From Fistulifera solaris (Eukaryota), in contig AP026133.1 of the NCBI GenBank assembly GCA_030295235.1, positions 1,116,001-1,180,000 of the forward strand: a DNA stretch of 64,000 nt, read 5' to 3'. The position numbers were made by a program, and so were the translations under genes. The notes beneath the pieces were generated by a model. That model was not told the DNA's origin and did no database searches. It saw only the letters and a list, made by a program, of their open reading frames with translations. Every line of letters begins with the position of its first letter. Within the stretch, counting starts at the first letter, position 1. This document shows positions 47,372 through 58,548 of this stretch, piece after piece.

Positions 47372-50300
47372 ATGTCAACAAAACCAAGGCCTAGTTTAAG
47401 CAGTTTTCGAAAGAGGCTTTCTGGGAGGAAAAGCAAAGATGAAGAGGCAACTCAGAACGAGCCGATGTCACCGGAATCTGCTAGCAAACGACGAGGACAC
47501 AGTTTGATGCCACCGAAAAGCCCTAAAGGAAATTCGAATCGGCGTGCTCATTCTGTAGAAGCGAACACCCTAAAAATAAATGAAAATAGGGATGCTAGTA
47601 AATCTCCGCGAACACAATCTCCTCCACCAGCGCGCCGGAATGTCTTTCAAAAACTGCGCGATAGGTCACGATCACGCTCCCGTTCGCGTCCTAGATTAAG
47701 TGCTATCGATGATAAAGGAGAAAGGCGCAAAGAGATGTTGGTTGCAGTGACTTCATGTCGCAGTGACGGCTATTACAACGACAAGGCACCGGGTTCTACG
47801 AGCAAATTGCCCAGAAAAGCACCCACCAATTTAAAGCTTTTTCATGAGTTGGCAGTAGGAGTCAAAGATGCTTACGTAGCCGTCGGAGCAAGACCACAAA
47901 AGCCGTCGGACAGTGATAAAACAACCATGGATTCCAGAGAATTCGAAGCACGCCTCATATTGTGGAACTTTGTTGGGAATCTGGACTTTGTAAGTACAGC
48001 AAAATTGTGCTCCGTTCTGATTACTTGTGATTTAATCTTTGTAACTTATTCAATTGATATTTCTGTGACAGCTTCTTGCCCTTGTCGATGAAGTTTCGGT
48101 CGATACAGTCACGCGAGGCGCTTTGAAAGACGATGCTACTTTTAAGGGATTGAGAGATGTCATTAAAAAAGGAAATCGAGTGTTAGAGACCATGCTAGTT
48201 CGAAGAGAGCGGAAATACACTTTGTTCTTTCGTTTAGCGCAGCCGTTTGACACCGATTTAATTGACCGCATTGGTGCATGGAATGCAAAAGTCGAAAAAG
48301 CGGTTGGACAGGTCACGGATATTCCACGAGAAAGTGGAACGGAAGATTCTTCAGATACTTCTGCAAACACCATGGGTTCTCCATCCGGAAGCGTGAGTAG
48401 CCGTGTGGGCGTTTTTAGTCGAGGTAGGCAGCTGATACCGACAGCTGGACGTGTGCGCTCGCGACGTGCTACGCCGACACCTAGACTTCGAAAGCATTTC
48501 AAAGATGGTGAAGGAGATGCTGATCACGACGCTGGCGAAGACGGGTTTTCATCCGGATCGGCATCTCCTAGTCCCTCGTCCCGGCATCATGATGATACTG
48601 ATCTTCTTCCCAGCGGATTAATGAGAGGTCCGAGTCACAATCCACTCAAGGAAATTCAACCTGTGGAAGCCAAGGACGAGTTAGTGGATGTGATTCGTGG
48701 TCTTCGCGTAGAAAAACTAAAAAGTCACGACGCCAATGCAGATGCCGATCTCGCTGCGCTGAAACCTAGCTGGCGTCCCAAAGCCGACATTCCATCTGCG
48801 GTACCGAAGCTACCGCTCGAGTATGTGCACAGACACCGCTTGATGAAGCAAGTCGTGGGTTGTTTGCTAGACGAATCAGATTTCCAGGAGAACGAAAATG
48901 GACAGATTATGAATACCGCGATAACTTGTGTAACATCTAGACACGGGGATAAGGCTGGTAACGGGAAGTCCATTCTGGCCGTTGCAGTTATTCAAACAGT
49001 AGAAGTAAGGGAGCGTTTTTCTGACGGCATTGCGTGGTTGAAGTTAGGACCTGCTCCTTTGGGTGATCGTGATGTAAGAAGGCTCTACGAAGACTTATAC
49101 AGGCAAATTATCGCAAAGGAGGAGGACTTGGATGCCTCCGTAACGGACCCTATCAGTGAGGGTAAAATGGAAGACTCGTTCAGCTCGGTCCTCTCCGAAA
49201 GCAGGATTGATCGAATGGTGGACCGCGCAGATAGTTCGCGTCGATTTGCTGGCGGCGACCTGGAAGGAATCAAAGAAGATTTGGCACGAATGATTGTTCG
49301 GCGAAATATATTGATTTGCTTGGACGATGTCTGGCGCGTGGAAGACGCGAAGTGGTTCATCTTTGAGACGCCTACTTACGCAGTGCCTCCGCGAGATAGT
49401 CCATACAAAATATTAATCACGACGCGTATGCCAGCCCTCCTTGGCAGTGGCACAGTTCAGGAGGTTTTTGTTCGAATCTTCTCAGAACACGAGGCCGTAA
49501 AACTCTTACTTTCAACGGCAGGAAGAAGACCCTACGGCGGCCGAAGCTCGGCCGTTTTCAACCAGTCCAAAATGATTGTAAAGGCTGTGGAAACTCTCCA
49601 CTCGGCATATTACTGATCGGAAGTATGCTTCGACATTGGAGCCGTAACTGGAATTTAAATTCCCCGGTGTGGATGGGCGTCTACAATCAATGCAGTCTTA
49701 ACCTCGAAGAAGCAGCCAATCTTAGAAGTTTCAAGAACGCTTTCCTTCGAATCGTCGATTTGAGCTTTTTCACAATTGATGACAGTTATGTCCGAATTGG
49801 ACTTCGACGCTGTTTCGTGTTGTTTGCCATGGCGTTTAGGTCAAATGACTGGGTTCTCTCCGGACGTGGAATTCCTCATTCAGTGCTGATCAAGTTTTTT
49901 GGGACAGTAATTGAGTGCGGAGTTGTTGGAGGCAAGAAATTAGATCCGAAAAAGGTCGTAAAAGACTTGGAGAGTTTGAAGCTGATTTCTCGGGCAATGC
50001 ATGCAGTCACCCGAACGACCTCGAAAGGCGGACAAGACAGTTTTAGCGCCACGGACTCACAAGCGAACATTGACATATCCGAGAAATCCGAAGAAGAAGG
50101 GGATTGGGATGACTTTGAAGATATGCCGACGAGAAAGATCCAACACTTTTACACTATGCATGACTCGCTAAAAACTGTTGCCGAGCAAATGGCTGAGCGA
50201 GAGATGCCTTGTTTCACGCCGGAAGCGGATACGTACACGTATTTTGCGGAAGCTGTTGCCGACGAGAAGGTGATAGCGAAAGAGAACATGACACCGATAG

Positions 50301-52016
50301 AACTTCCTCTCAGATTTATCTTCAATACACCCTCCCGCGATAAAGAGCAAGATACTATGTACCTTACGGATGAATTCACTCACGAGCTTGTTGCAATTAC
50401 ACTCCTCGGTGGCGGTGATGGACGATCTCTAATGAAAAGAAATTTGAAGGAGGTACTCCAAGCCAACCAGCTTTCGATGCAGTTAATCGAAGGAGGCGAT
50501 AAATTCGAAGAGTATACGACGTCATTCCTTCCGGAACACCTCATGTTTGCAAATGCTCATACAACGGCTGCCGAATTACTGACCAATCCAGACTTTGTCC
50601 GGCGTAGGGTATTCGGACTTGGAATTATGGAGTCGACAGGAAGACAAGTCGCCGATATCTTGGACGGGCGCAACTTTTCTGCCAAGGCCGCAAAAAATAA
50701 AAAGATTGTTATGGGCCAAAGATGACGACGCTCCTCCCTCTCCGAGCAAGCTGTCGAAAGTTCCCCTTTCTCCGCCTCGATCCCCTGGCAAGCTTTCCAA
50801 AGTGCCTCTGTCACCGCCACGATCTCCGGGTAAGGAATCAAAACCAAGCGACGGAGCAGCTGCCTCCACGTCGCCGTTCGAGTCAGATACAATTGTCTGC
50901 GAGGCTGGTCGTATGATCATAGAGGAAGTCCACAAAGCAACTAATAGCATGGGATCGTCTGATTCCCTTGGAATGGCTACGTGTCTCGTAACAGTTGGCG
51001 AGACTTTGCTTAGATGCCGACAGCCGCGAGACGCCATGCTACGACTGGAGGAGGGCGTCAGCATTTTTCGTGGTCTCTTGGGACCTTATCATGTGTATGT
51101 GGCACACGCTCTTCATTCGGTAGCGAAGGCTTTAGTGAAGCTGGGTGAAACCCGTGTAGCTTTGCTGAAATTTGCCGAAGCCGCTCGAATTTACGAAACC
51201 TGCAATGCTACACTTCATTATGATTCCATCGCCAATGCTCAGTCTCTGGCTTCGTTGCTCGTGGATATTGGCGACGTTAGAAAAGCCGAAGCCATGTTTG
51301 AAGAAGTGATTGCAATGAAGCGGAGTGTTTATGGGGAGAATTCTGTACCAGTGGCAAAAACGATCAACAGTTACGCGATTCTTTTGGCGAAACACGGTCG
51401 GATGAACGATGCTTTGCGACAGTATGAAGTTGCCAGGGACACGTATCTCAAGTCTCCGCCGTCGCTTATCATTGATCCAGAATTTGAAGCAAAGTGTAGC
51501 TACGACATGACCTTGATTACCCTAAACATTGCTTCCATTTATTCCAAAAAGAATGATCTACATCGTGCCTTGCAATCATACGAAGAAGGCGTGAAAGGTT
51601 TGGCTGAGTATGACGAAGCAATGGAAAAGATTCGAGAGATCAATGGATCCGTTTTGACGGCAGCAAAACACTCATCGCACAAACACGTCATTGCTGCTCT
51701 TGGGCGTATCGGATCACTTAAAATCAAGCTGGGTGATCAGGAAGGTGCATTAGAAGCGTATTTGTACTTGATTGACCAAGTCGACGATGACAGCCCAATA
51801 GCATCACACATAGAAAAGGCCAAGGCGCATATCAAGTGTGCGACTATGTTTCGCAAACGCGAGGGAGCTGAGAATCAAGAGACAGCGATTTCGCATTTGA
51901 AGGAAGCTCATCGCATGTACAAGGCTTTGTACGCATCTGGTCACAAGGACACAGTGGCCATTCAGACGACTATCAAGCAGTGGCTAGCGGAAGATAAGGA
52001 AAAAGAAACGAAATAA
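47372..52016 (+). CDS. STAND NTPase of NB-ARC type with an APAF1-like helical domain and C-terminal TPRs (NLR-like architecture)
   Basis: Intron 47990-48071. P-loop AGNGKS, Walker B ILICLDDVW, RNBS-B ILITTR, GCGNSPL (after correcting a frameshift near 49582), MHD (YTMHDSL), and TPRs after a frameshift near 50720. Confidence 0.8.
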
Positions 52017-52186
52017 ATGTTTTTAAAACGTTCACCGCCGTCGCAGTTTTCGCAATATTTGTCCGGTTTGTTTTCATCTCTATTTACTATGGTGCGAAAT
52101 GTACAACAGCAAAAGCGACACGAGGTGTTCATTTTTGCCTGTTGCAAAACGCTTCTCCAATGAAATAAATAACCCATTACATTACT

Positions 52187-53181
52187 ATGGTGCAAGGACT
52201 CAAGTTTCTGTCGAAAAAATCGTTTCATCCGCAAAATCGTAGCAACCAGAAGCGTGTATGGGAGAGAGAACAAGAGAAACATCAAGAACAGACACGAATA
52301 CGCGAACGTGAAGCGCAACTTCGAAGCGAGCGCGAAGATGAGGAACTAGCAATAGCCAGAGGCGACACAAAACTGCAATTTCTCTACAAGCCTCCTCCTG
52401 GGTTCATAGAAACAGATAGCAAAGAGGCGAAACTTAACGCAAAGATGCCCGCGGATCAGCAATCAACGCAACAACTCGACAATTCTTTATTTGAGCGACA
52501 GCCCGGTGATGACGATGCGGCCGCTGCTTTTCGACGACTACTAGCAGGTCAGACTACCGATCTAACCGAAGGAACCGATGAAGTAGACGCCAACACTATG
52601 ACAGCATCTACCGCAACTACTTTCGGAACGGTGTTACAGGGCAGCAACATGGATCGATCGGATGCACCCAAGCCGGTACTAACTGCTCTCGAACAATCGG
52701 TGGGGCGGAAAAAGCATCAAAATCTTACATTCGATGAGCAAATACAACGATTTCCTGCTCTAGCGAACGCACCTAGAGCAAAGGTGTCTCCGCCACCGAT
52801 GTCGGTGTCACATTTCAACCTTTGGGGACACAGATTCGCAACGTGCGGTGTCTGGCCTGTGGGATTTGGGGACATAGTCGAGGTGATAGGGAGTGTAGCA
52901 AAACGGGATGGGATCCTTTTTCAGCAACAGCAACATGTAATTTGGATACGGCGAAAGGAGGGAAAGTGCATCCCTCTGTAGCACAAGATGAAACGATGAA
53001 ACGAGAAAAGCGCCGAAAGGAGTACTCAAGTTCGAGTTCGAGGGATGACTCCTCCTCGTCGTCATCATCGGACGAAGACCGAAGACGCCGACACAAACGG
53101 CATCGAAAGTCACGTAACCGATCACCCACTCGAACGAAACAGAAGGAGAAAAAGAAGAGCAAGAAATTGAGGAAACACTAA
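52187..53181 (+). CDS. CIR1-like (CBF1-interacting corepressor / Cir_N) splicing-related protein
   Basis: FLSKKSFHPQNRSNQKRVWEREQ, LQFLYKPPPG, zinc knuckle VRCLACGIWGHSRGDREC and a Ser/Arg/Lys-rich tail. Frameshift near 52785. Confidence 0.8.
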
Positions 53182-53687
53182 TGAATGTGCTTCACAATAT
53201 CAAACTCTTTATTATTTATTAACGGCTTTAAAAAGTTAAGCGTGTTTTAAGATAGTTCTTAGTTAGCTACCAGGTATCGATGGTGCATAGCTCGTCACTC
53301 ATGATTTTCGATTTCGAATTACTAGGTACTCCGTATGATGTTTCAAGTTTCTTGATGATGCTGGTTTGCATTATGGGTTTCGTCTACACTAAGAACTCCC
53401 CTGATAGGTTTATTTAGCATTCGAAAGTTCTTCAAGTCATGTCGCGGACCAATTTTTCAGTAGCAATCCGCTACAGTTTTCTGTTGAGGACTTGAATGAC
53501 TTCGACTTTGGTACCGGTTAGAGAGTCATTTTTTAGCAAAACAAGACATCAACAAAAAACTCTTGGGTCTTTTCGAAACACAACGTCGTGCCGGCTAAAA
53601 ATACTCATCCAACTCGAAAGACTTGTTCATGTCGCATTTGTGAACATCAATATAATTGGAGTAACTCATTGATTGTTCTATTCGAAA

Positions 53688-56600
53688 ATGAGTCTCATCA
53701 ACGACTCCTTAGCAGCTGAAATAGCACGCCTGGAAGCCGAAGTCGAGCGGAAAAGGCTTCAGCAACAAATTCAGGCAATGGAGAATGAGATTGCTCAAGA
53801 AATGGTCGACGACGACGAGGAAGAAAAACTAATCGTACTCACTGCACCCAAGAACAACTGGAAAAATGTGTCTGATCAGTCGTTCTCGGCTTCAAATGAA
53901 ATGAAATCGCCGAGATCTGTTCAAGCGGGAACGACGATAAAAAGTCCTCTGAGTACACCTGGGAAGTCACCCGTTCGAAGATCTCTTTTTCTAAAATCGG
54001 TAGTTCAAGCCGCATCAGAAAGAAGTGAGCTTTCGGAAAGGATTGCGACTGAAGCCAATCACCTTCAAATTAAGAGTGAAGGAGAGACAGTAGAGAAGAA
54101 CCTTGTCTCTCCCAACTGGAAGAATAAATCACCTGCACGCCGTTCGGTCCTTCTCAAGTCTGTCGTTGCTGCTAGCGAATTAAGAGCGTCTGCGACACAT
54201 GATACTTCCTCCTCTAGTCATCTGTCAGAGAATGATGTGATAGCAGAGAATCGTGCAAAAGCACCACGAAGCGACGCCATCGACCCGCAGCAACAACGAG
54301 GACACGACGGTGGGACGACTCACCGAAGTGAAGACGAGGGACTGGATTGTCAACGACTGGAAGCCGAAATTCGAGCCCTAGAAGAGTCGGCCGCACGGAC
54401 TAAAAGGGCGATTGAAGAAGAATTGGAAAAGCGACGCCGTCAAGAGGAAGGGACTTGGCAGGTCGACGAAGAAGAATACATTCCTTTACAAATTAATGCA
54501 GAACACCCAAAAATCCAGCATCAACAGTTCGAAAGGCATTCACTTGGTAGTGAAGTAGAAAAGGAGACGCAAGCTGAGGCGGAACGTCTGAAAATAGAAG
54601 ACCAGATAGTAACAGCAGAGTCCGATATTGCAGCAAATTTTACGACGAAAAATAAATATAAAGCAGAATTGCAGCGCGCGCAGCTCGAAGAAGAGATCCG
54701 ATCAGTTGACGCTGTTGCTGCAGGAACCTTGAGACAGAAGAATGAGGCTTCGGAGCGCCAAAGATTGGAGGATGAAGCTAGGGCAGCGGAAGTCACAGCT
54801 GAAGAAGCTAGTCAGAAATGCGATGAAGAGTATTCTAAATTACATGCGGTTCATAAAGACGCAGCCTATGAAAATGCGGGGGTTGCTTCGGATCAGCCTC
54901 ATCTTGATGCATTCTTCCCAGATGTCGAGGATGAAAACTTACTCGCACAAGCCGATACCGCAAAAAAGCTCGAACAAGAGCGATTACAAGCAGAGATCAG
55001 GGAAATGGAACTTGAGCTTCAAAAGAGGCGTGCTGCCGCGTCAAGTGGTGCATCGGTAGCTTCCAAATCATCTCTGTCTTCAAAAGCTTCAAGGAAGGGT
55101 AAGCCACGTAAACTGGTGAATAAGAAATGTCTGGAACGCCAGAAGCTCGAAGAGGAAATCGCCAGAATGGAAGCGCAAATCGGCAGTGCCACATCCAGCA
55201 AAGCGCATGTCAATGAAGTCTTAATCGATCACCCAGCTTTCTTGGCTGAAATAGTGGAGGCAGGAGCGTCTCAAAAGGTGCCCAAAGACTTACCATCCGA
55301 TGTAATCAGCAAGAATCAAGATGATCGGACGTCAATGATGAAGTCAATGTCGAATGACAGACCACCTACTCGCCCAGCTTTCTTGGCTGGAATCGCTGGG
55401 GCTGCGGCGGCTCGAGAGCAGCGGTCATATACAGACATAACTTCAAAGCCGATGTCGAACAACGTAGCACCGGCTCGTCCAGCGTTCTTGTCTGGAATCG
55501 CTGATGCGGCAGCAGCTCGAGAAGAACGTACACAAGCTGCCGAACAAACTACAGAGCTCGCGACGACTTCGAATGATACAACATCAGCTCGTCGGGCTTT
55601 TTTGTCTGGGATCGCTGGGGCAGCCAGGGCTAGACATATGCGCGTAGCAGAAGATGAAACATCAATCCCCACTGGAATACTTTCGGCTCGCCCATTTACG
55701 GATACTGAATCATCACCTAAAACTAGCGCTATGTCAATGCGCCCAAACTTACTGGCTGCAATTTCAGGTGCCGCGACTGAACGTCAGGATCGCCTCGAGG
55801 CAACTGGGGGTGAATTGCAGATGCGAGAAGTGGAACCTGAAGTAGAAGATTCACGCAAAAACACGCCCCAGCCATCTTTTGCATTGGCTGAAATGGTTTC
55901 GAAGAAAGCAAAGGACCGCGAGAAGAGATTGGAAGCCGGAGGCGAAAAAAGGATGACGAAAATAAAAGAGACAACAGAATACAAAAGTGTGTTCTCGAAC
56001 GTGGCCATAGAAGCTGCTAATATGGGACGTCTTACCCGGCTCAATGAACACACTGTAGAAGCCGTAGCTCAGGAAAAGACGCCTCAGCAAGAATGGAAAA
56101 GCAAAGGACTTCTCGCGATTGATTGGCGATCAACCCACATGGCAATCATTCACCAAGCAGCAGCTCGTGGGAACGAAACAAAGATGCGCGAATATGTGGT
56201 GTCTAACAAATCCGTGGCGGAAGAGGAAGAATGGGAGGCCAAAGAGGTGGACAGGAACTCGAGCCGCTTGAACCAACTACTGGAACTCAACAAAAAAGTC
56301 GGTACTGGGACAGCAAAGGTCGACGAGCTAGTAATGGGATTGAGAGAAGAAAACCAGAGTGGAGAAAGCATGCTCATTCGCCCCATGTATGCCTATAACA
56401 ACATTGAAGAAGTAAAGCTTCCGAAGCCTCTACCTCCTTCGATTGATGTCAACAAGGCAAAGCAAAAAGCTGCAAAGATGGAGGAACAAGCCGTTCGCCA
56501 GCATCGCCAGCATCTCCCCATGGCCAATATTAGCGCTCACGTTGCCGAAGTAGTGTGGGAGCGAAGGGCACGCTTGAACCGACCCGGTAGTATGCCCAAA

Positions 56601-57050
56601 GTTCGTCAGGCCTGTGACTGTCCTTATTGTGGAACCGCTAGTCCGTACCAAACGTTTGCTTACCGTGAAGCAGAGAAGCGACATAAAGAAGAGATGAAGC
56701 ATAGGAAAGAAAAACAGCAGCACATTGAGGAAGAACTGGCTGCGAATCCGATCGACAACACAACAATCGCGGTTGTCAAGGAAAGCGCTCAAGAGGCACC
56801 TCTAACTCCAGTGGCTGCAGCGATTTCGGCCGGAGACAAGCTGCGGAAAAAGCTTGAAGCAAAGAAAGCACCAAACCTACCAGCGTCCAAACCGTCACCA
56901 GGTCCAAAGAATGCAACGGCGAAGCCGACCACTGCGGCCAGTGCAGCAACTAGCGCCTCCAGCAATACCACACAAGTGGGCAACTCACCCAAAGCCCAGC
57001 AACCCGAGCCCTTGGCTGCCAACCAGGGTTGCGCTTGCGTCATATTATAA
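53688..57050 (+). CDS. Large coiled-coil protein with WH2-like repeats and a C-terminal CaaX box
   Basis: Repeated RLEAEI-type heptads, about 5 RPAFLAGIAGAA-type repeats, CDCPYC, and the end GCACVIL*. Confidence 0.75.
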   Translation: MSLINDSLAAEIARLEAEVERKRLQQQIQAMENEIAQEMVDDDEEEKLIVLTAPKNNWKNVSDQSFSASNEMKSPRSVQAGTTIKSPLSTPGKSPVRRSLFLKSVVQAASERSELSERIATEANHLQIKSEGETVEKNLVSPNWKNKSPARRSVLLKSVVAASELRASATHDTSSSSHLSENDVIAENRAKAPRSDAIDPQQQRGHDGGTTHRSEDEGLDCQRLEAEIRALEESAARTKRAIEEELEKRRRQEEGTWQVDEEEYIPLQINAEHPKIQHQQFERHSLGSEVEKETQAEAERLKIEDQIVTAESDIAANFTTKNKYKAELQRAQLEEEIRSVDAVAAGTLRQKNEASERQRLEDEARAAEVTAEEASQKCDEEYSKLHAVHKDAAYENAGVASDQPHLDAFFPDVEDENLLAQADTAKKLEQERLQAEIREMELELQKRRAAASSGASVASKSSLSSKASRKGKPRKLVNKKCLERQKLEEEIARMEAQIGSATSSKAHVNEVLIDHPAFLAEIVEAGASQKVPKDLPSDVISKNQDDRTSMMKSMSNDRPPTRPAFLAGIAGAAAAREQRSYTDITSKPMSNNVAPARPAFLSGIADAAAAREERTQAAEQTTELATTSNDTTSARRAFLSGIAGAARARHMRVAEDETSIPTGILSARPFTDTESSPKTSAMSMRPNLLAAISGAATERQDRLEATGGELQMREVEPEVEDSRKNTPQPSFALAEMVSKKAKDREKRLEAGGEKRMTKIKETTEYKSVFSNVAIEAANMGRLTRLNEHTVEAVAQEKTPQQEWKSKGLLAIDWRSTHMAIIHQAAARGNETKMREYVVSNKSVAEEEEWEAKEVDRNSSRLNQLLELNKKVGTGTAKVDELVMGLREENQSGESMLIRPMYAYNNIEEVKLPKPLPPSIDVNKAKQKAAKMEEQAVRQHRQHLPMANISAHVAEVVWERRARLNRPGSMPKVRQACDCPYCGTASPYQTFAYREAEKRHKEEMKHRKEKQQHIEEELAANPIDNTTIAVVKESAQEAPLTPVAAAISAGDKLRKKLEAKKAPNLPASKPSPGPKNATAKPTTAASAATSASSNTTQVGNSPKAQQPEPLAANQGCACVIL

Positions 57051-57376
57051 GCGTCGTTCTAACTCGAACTTTATACATTAACAACATCTGAGTAATATAA
57101 GTAAAAGACAAAGAGCCCTCTAGAATTTTTACAGGTCTTCACGTCCAACATTGTGTGTCAGACACACTTTTCTTCCAAGGTTTCCTTCTCTCAGTTTGTC
57201 TCTCAGTTTGTTGCGTTTTCGCGAGTATCCTTTACTGGAGTGTAGCATTTTAACGATCAGCGTTTTCTCGATTTGTCCACGACAGTAGTTGATTGGTGAT
57301 CCGCACATCAGGCGCAGATTGAACTCTTCTTCTAATATAGGTTGCCCGACACAGAATTCTGTATCCTTTCAATGTG

Positions 57377-57951
57377 TTACATCATGGATTCATTGTAAGC
57401 GTCGACCGTTTGTTGAATTTGTTGATCAAATCGATTCGAAGATATAGGCGCATTGAGAGGACTAAACGGATTTAAAATGTGCCCGACATAAATGGCGTGA
57501 ATCTTAGCAAATAGTTTTTGAATATCTTCATGATATCCATCTCGAACTGTCAAAAGGAATTTGATTTGTGTCGTTGTCATGTACCCTGCAATAAGAAGAA
57601 AGGAATGAGCGTGCTAGAGAAGATCCTCATCCAAATTCAGGAATACCTACCATAAACGCGCATATCATCTACCGGGCACAGGAAACCGACGAACATGGCA
57701 TCCGTTCCGGTAACTCCGGGAGCTCGCCACGCACACGCCGGAGGAGGACCCGCCAATTGTTCGAATTTGTCAAGAGCTGCGTGAAGAATGAATTGTTGTC
57801 TCACCGAACATGCTTGTTTTATGCTCAATGTTGTGGAAGGCGAGAGCCCAAATAATGATTCCGCTTCATCGATCGCATCGACATGGTCGAATTCGCGAAG
57901 ATAAATTGGCGTATTGTTTTTACCCACAATAGCTAAACTAATGACGGACAT
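57377..57951 (-). CDS. TRAPPC2L: Sedlin-family TRAPP complex subunit (TRAPPC2L-like)
   Basis: LAIVGKNNTPIYLREF, HAALD, VYGYMTTTQIKF (spliced across intron 57586-57650) and ILNPF. Confidence 0.85.
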
Positions 57952-58548
57952 TGCTTTCGACGAAGAAAGAGTATTGACGACACGACAAAGTACCAGGTAA
58001 TCAAAAGGACGAATGAATGCGAATGAATGCGAATGAATGATAAATAATGCACCCGCCTTGTCGCATTCGCGTGATGTGAGGCGGTGTCGTGACTAAAATG
58101 CAGTCGTGGTAAAATTCAGATTACACTTCGATCTTATAGTAAGACATTGGAACTTGGAACAGCGCGATGATGAACGGTCACAAACCATGACCGAAATGAC
58201 CACCGACGTCATCCAGAGAAGCAGGGACCACAGCCACGATGAATTTACTATAGACTTGATTGTTGGTCGAAAAAATAACAGATGTCTGACCGAAATAGAT
58301 TATTTTAAGTAAGGACCGACGAGCGTAATTAACAGCGAAAACAAACAACAAACTTCAAAAACTCTCTCCTCTCGTGAAGATGACCCAACCCACCGACGAC
58401 GCGTTGAATAACAATCGATCCCTGACCTCACAAACACTATTCCCAGTCTACAAGTACCTGGTACTGGCGTGTTTCATTATCTGGTTGTTTGCTACTCCGT
58501 ATTCATTTGCGTATAACTCTCACAGGCGATACGGCGATCTACATTCCG

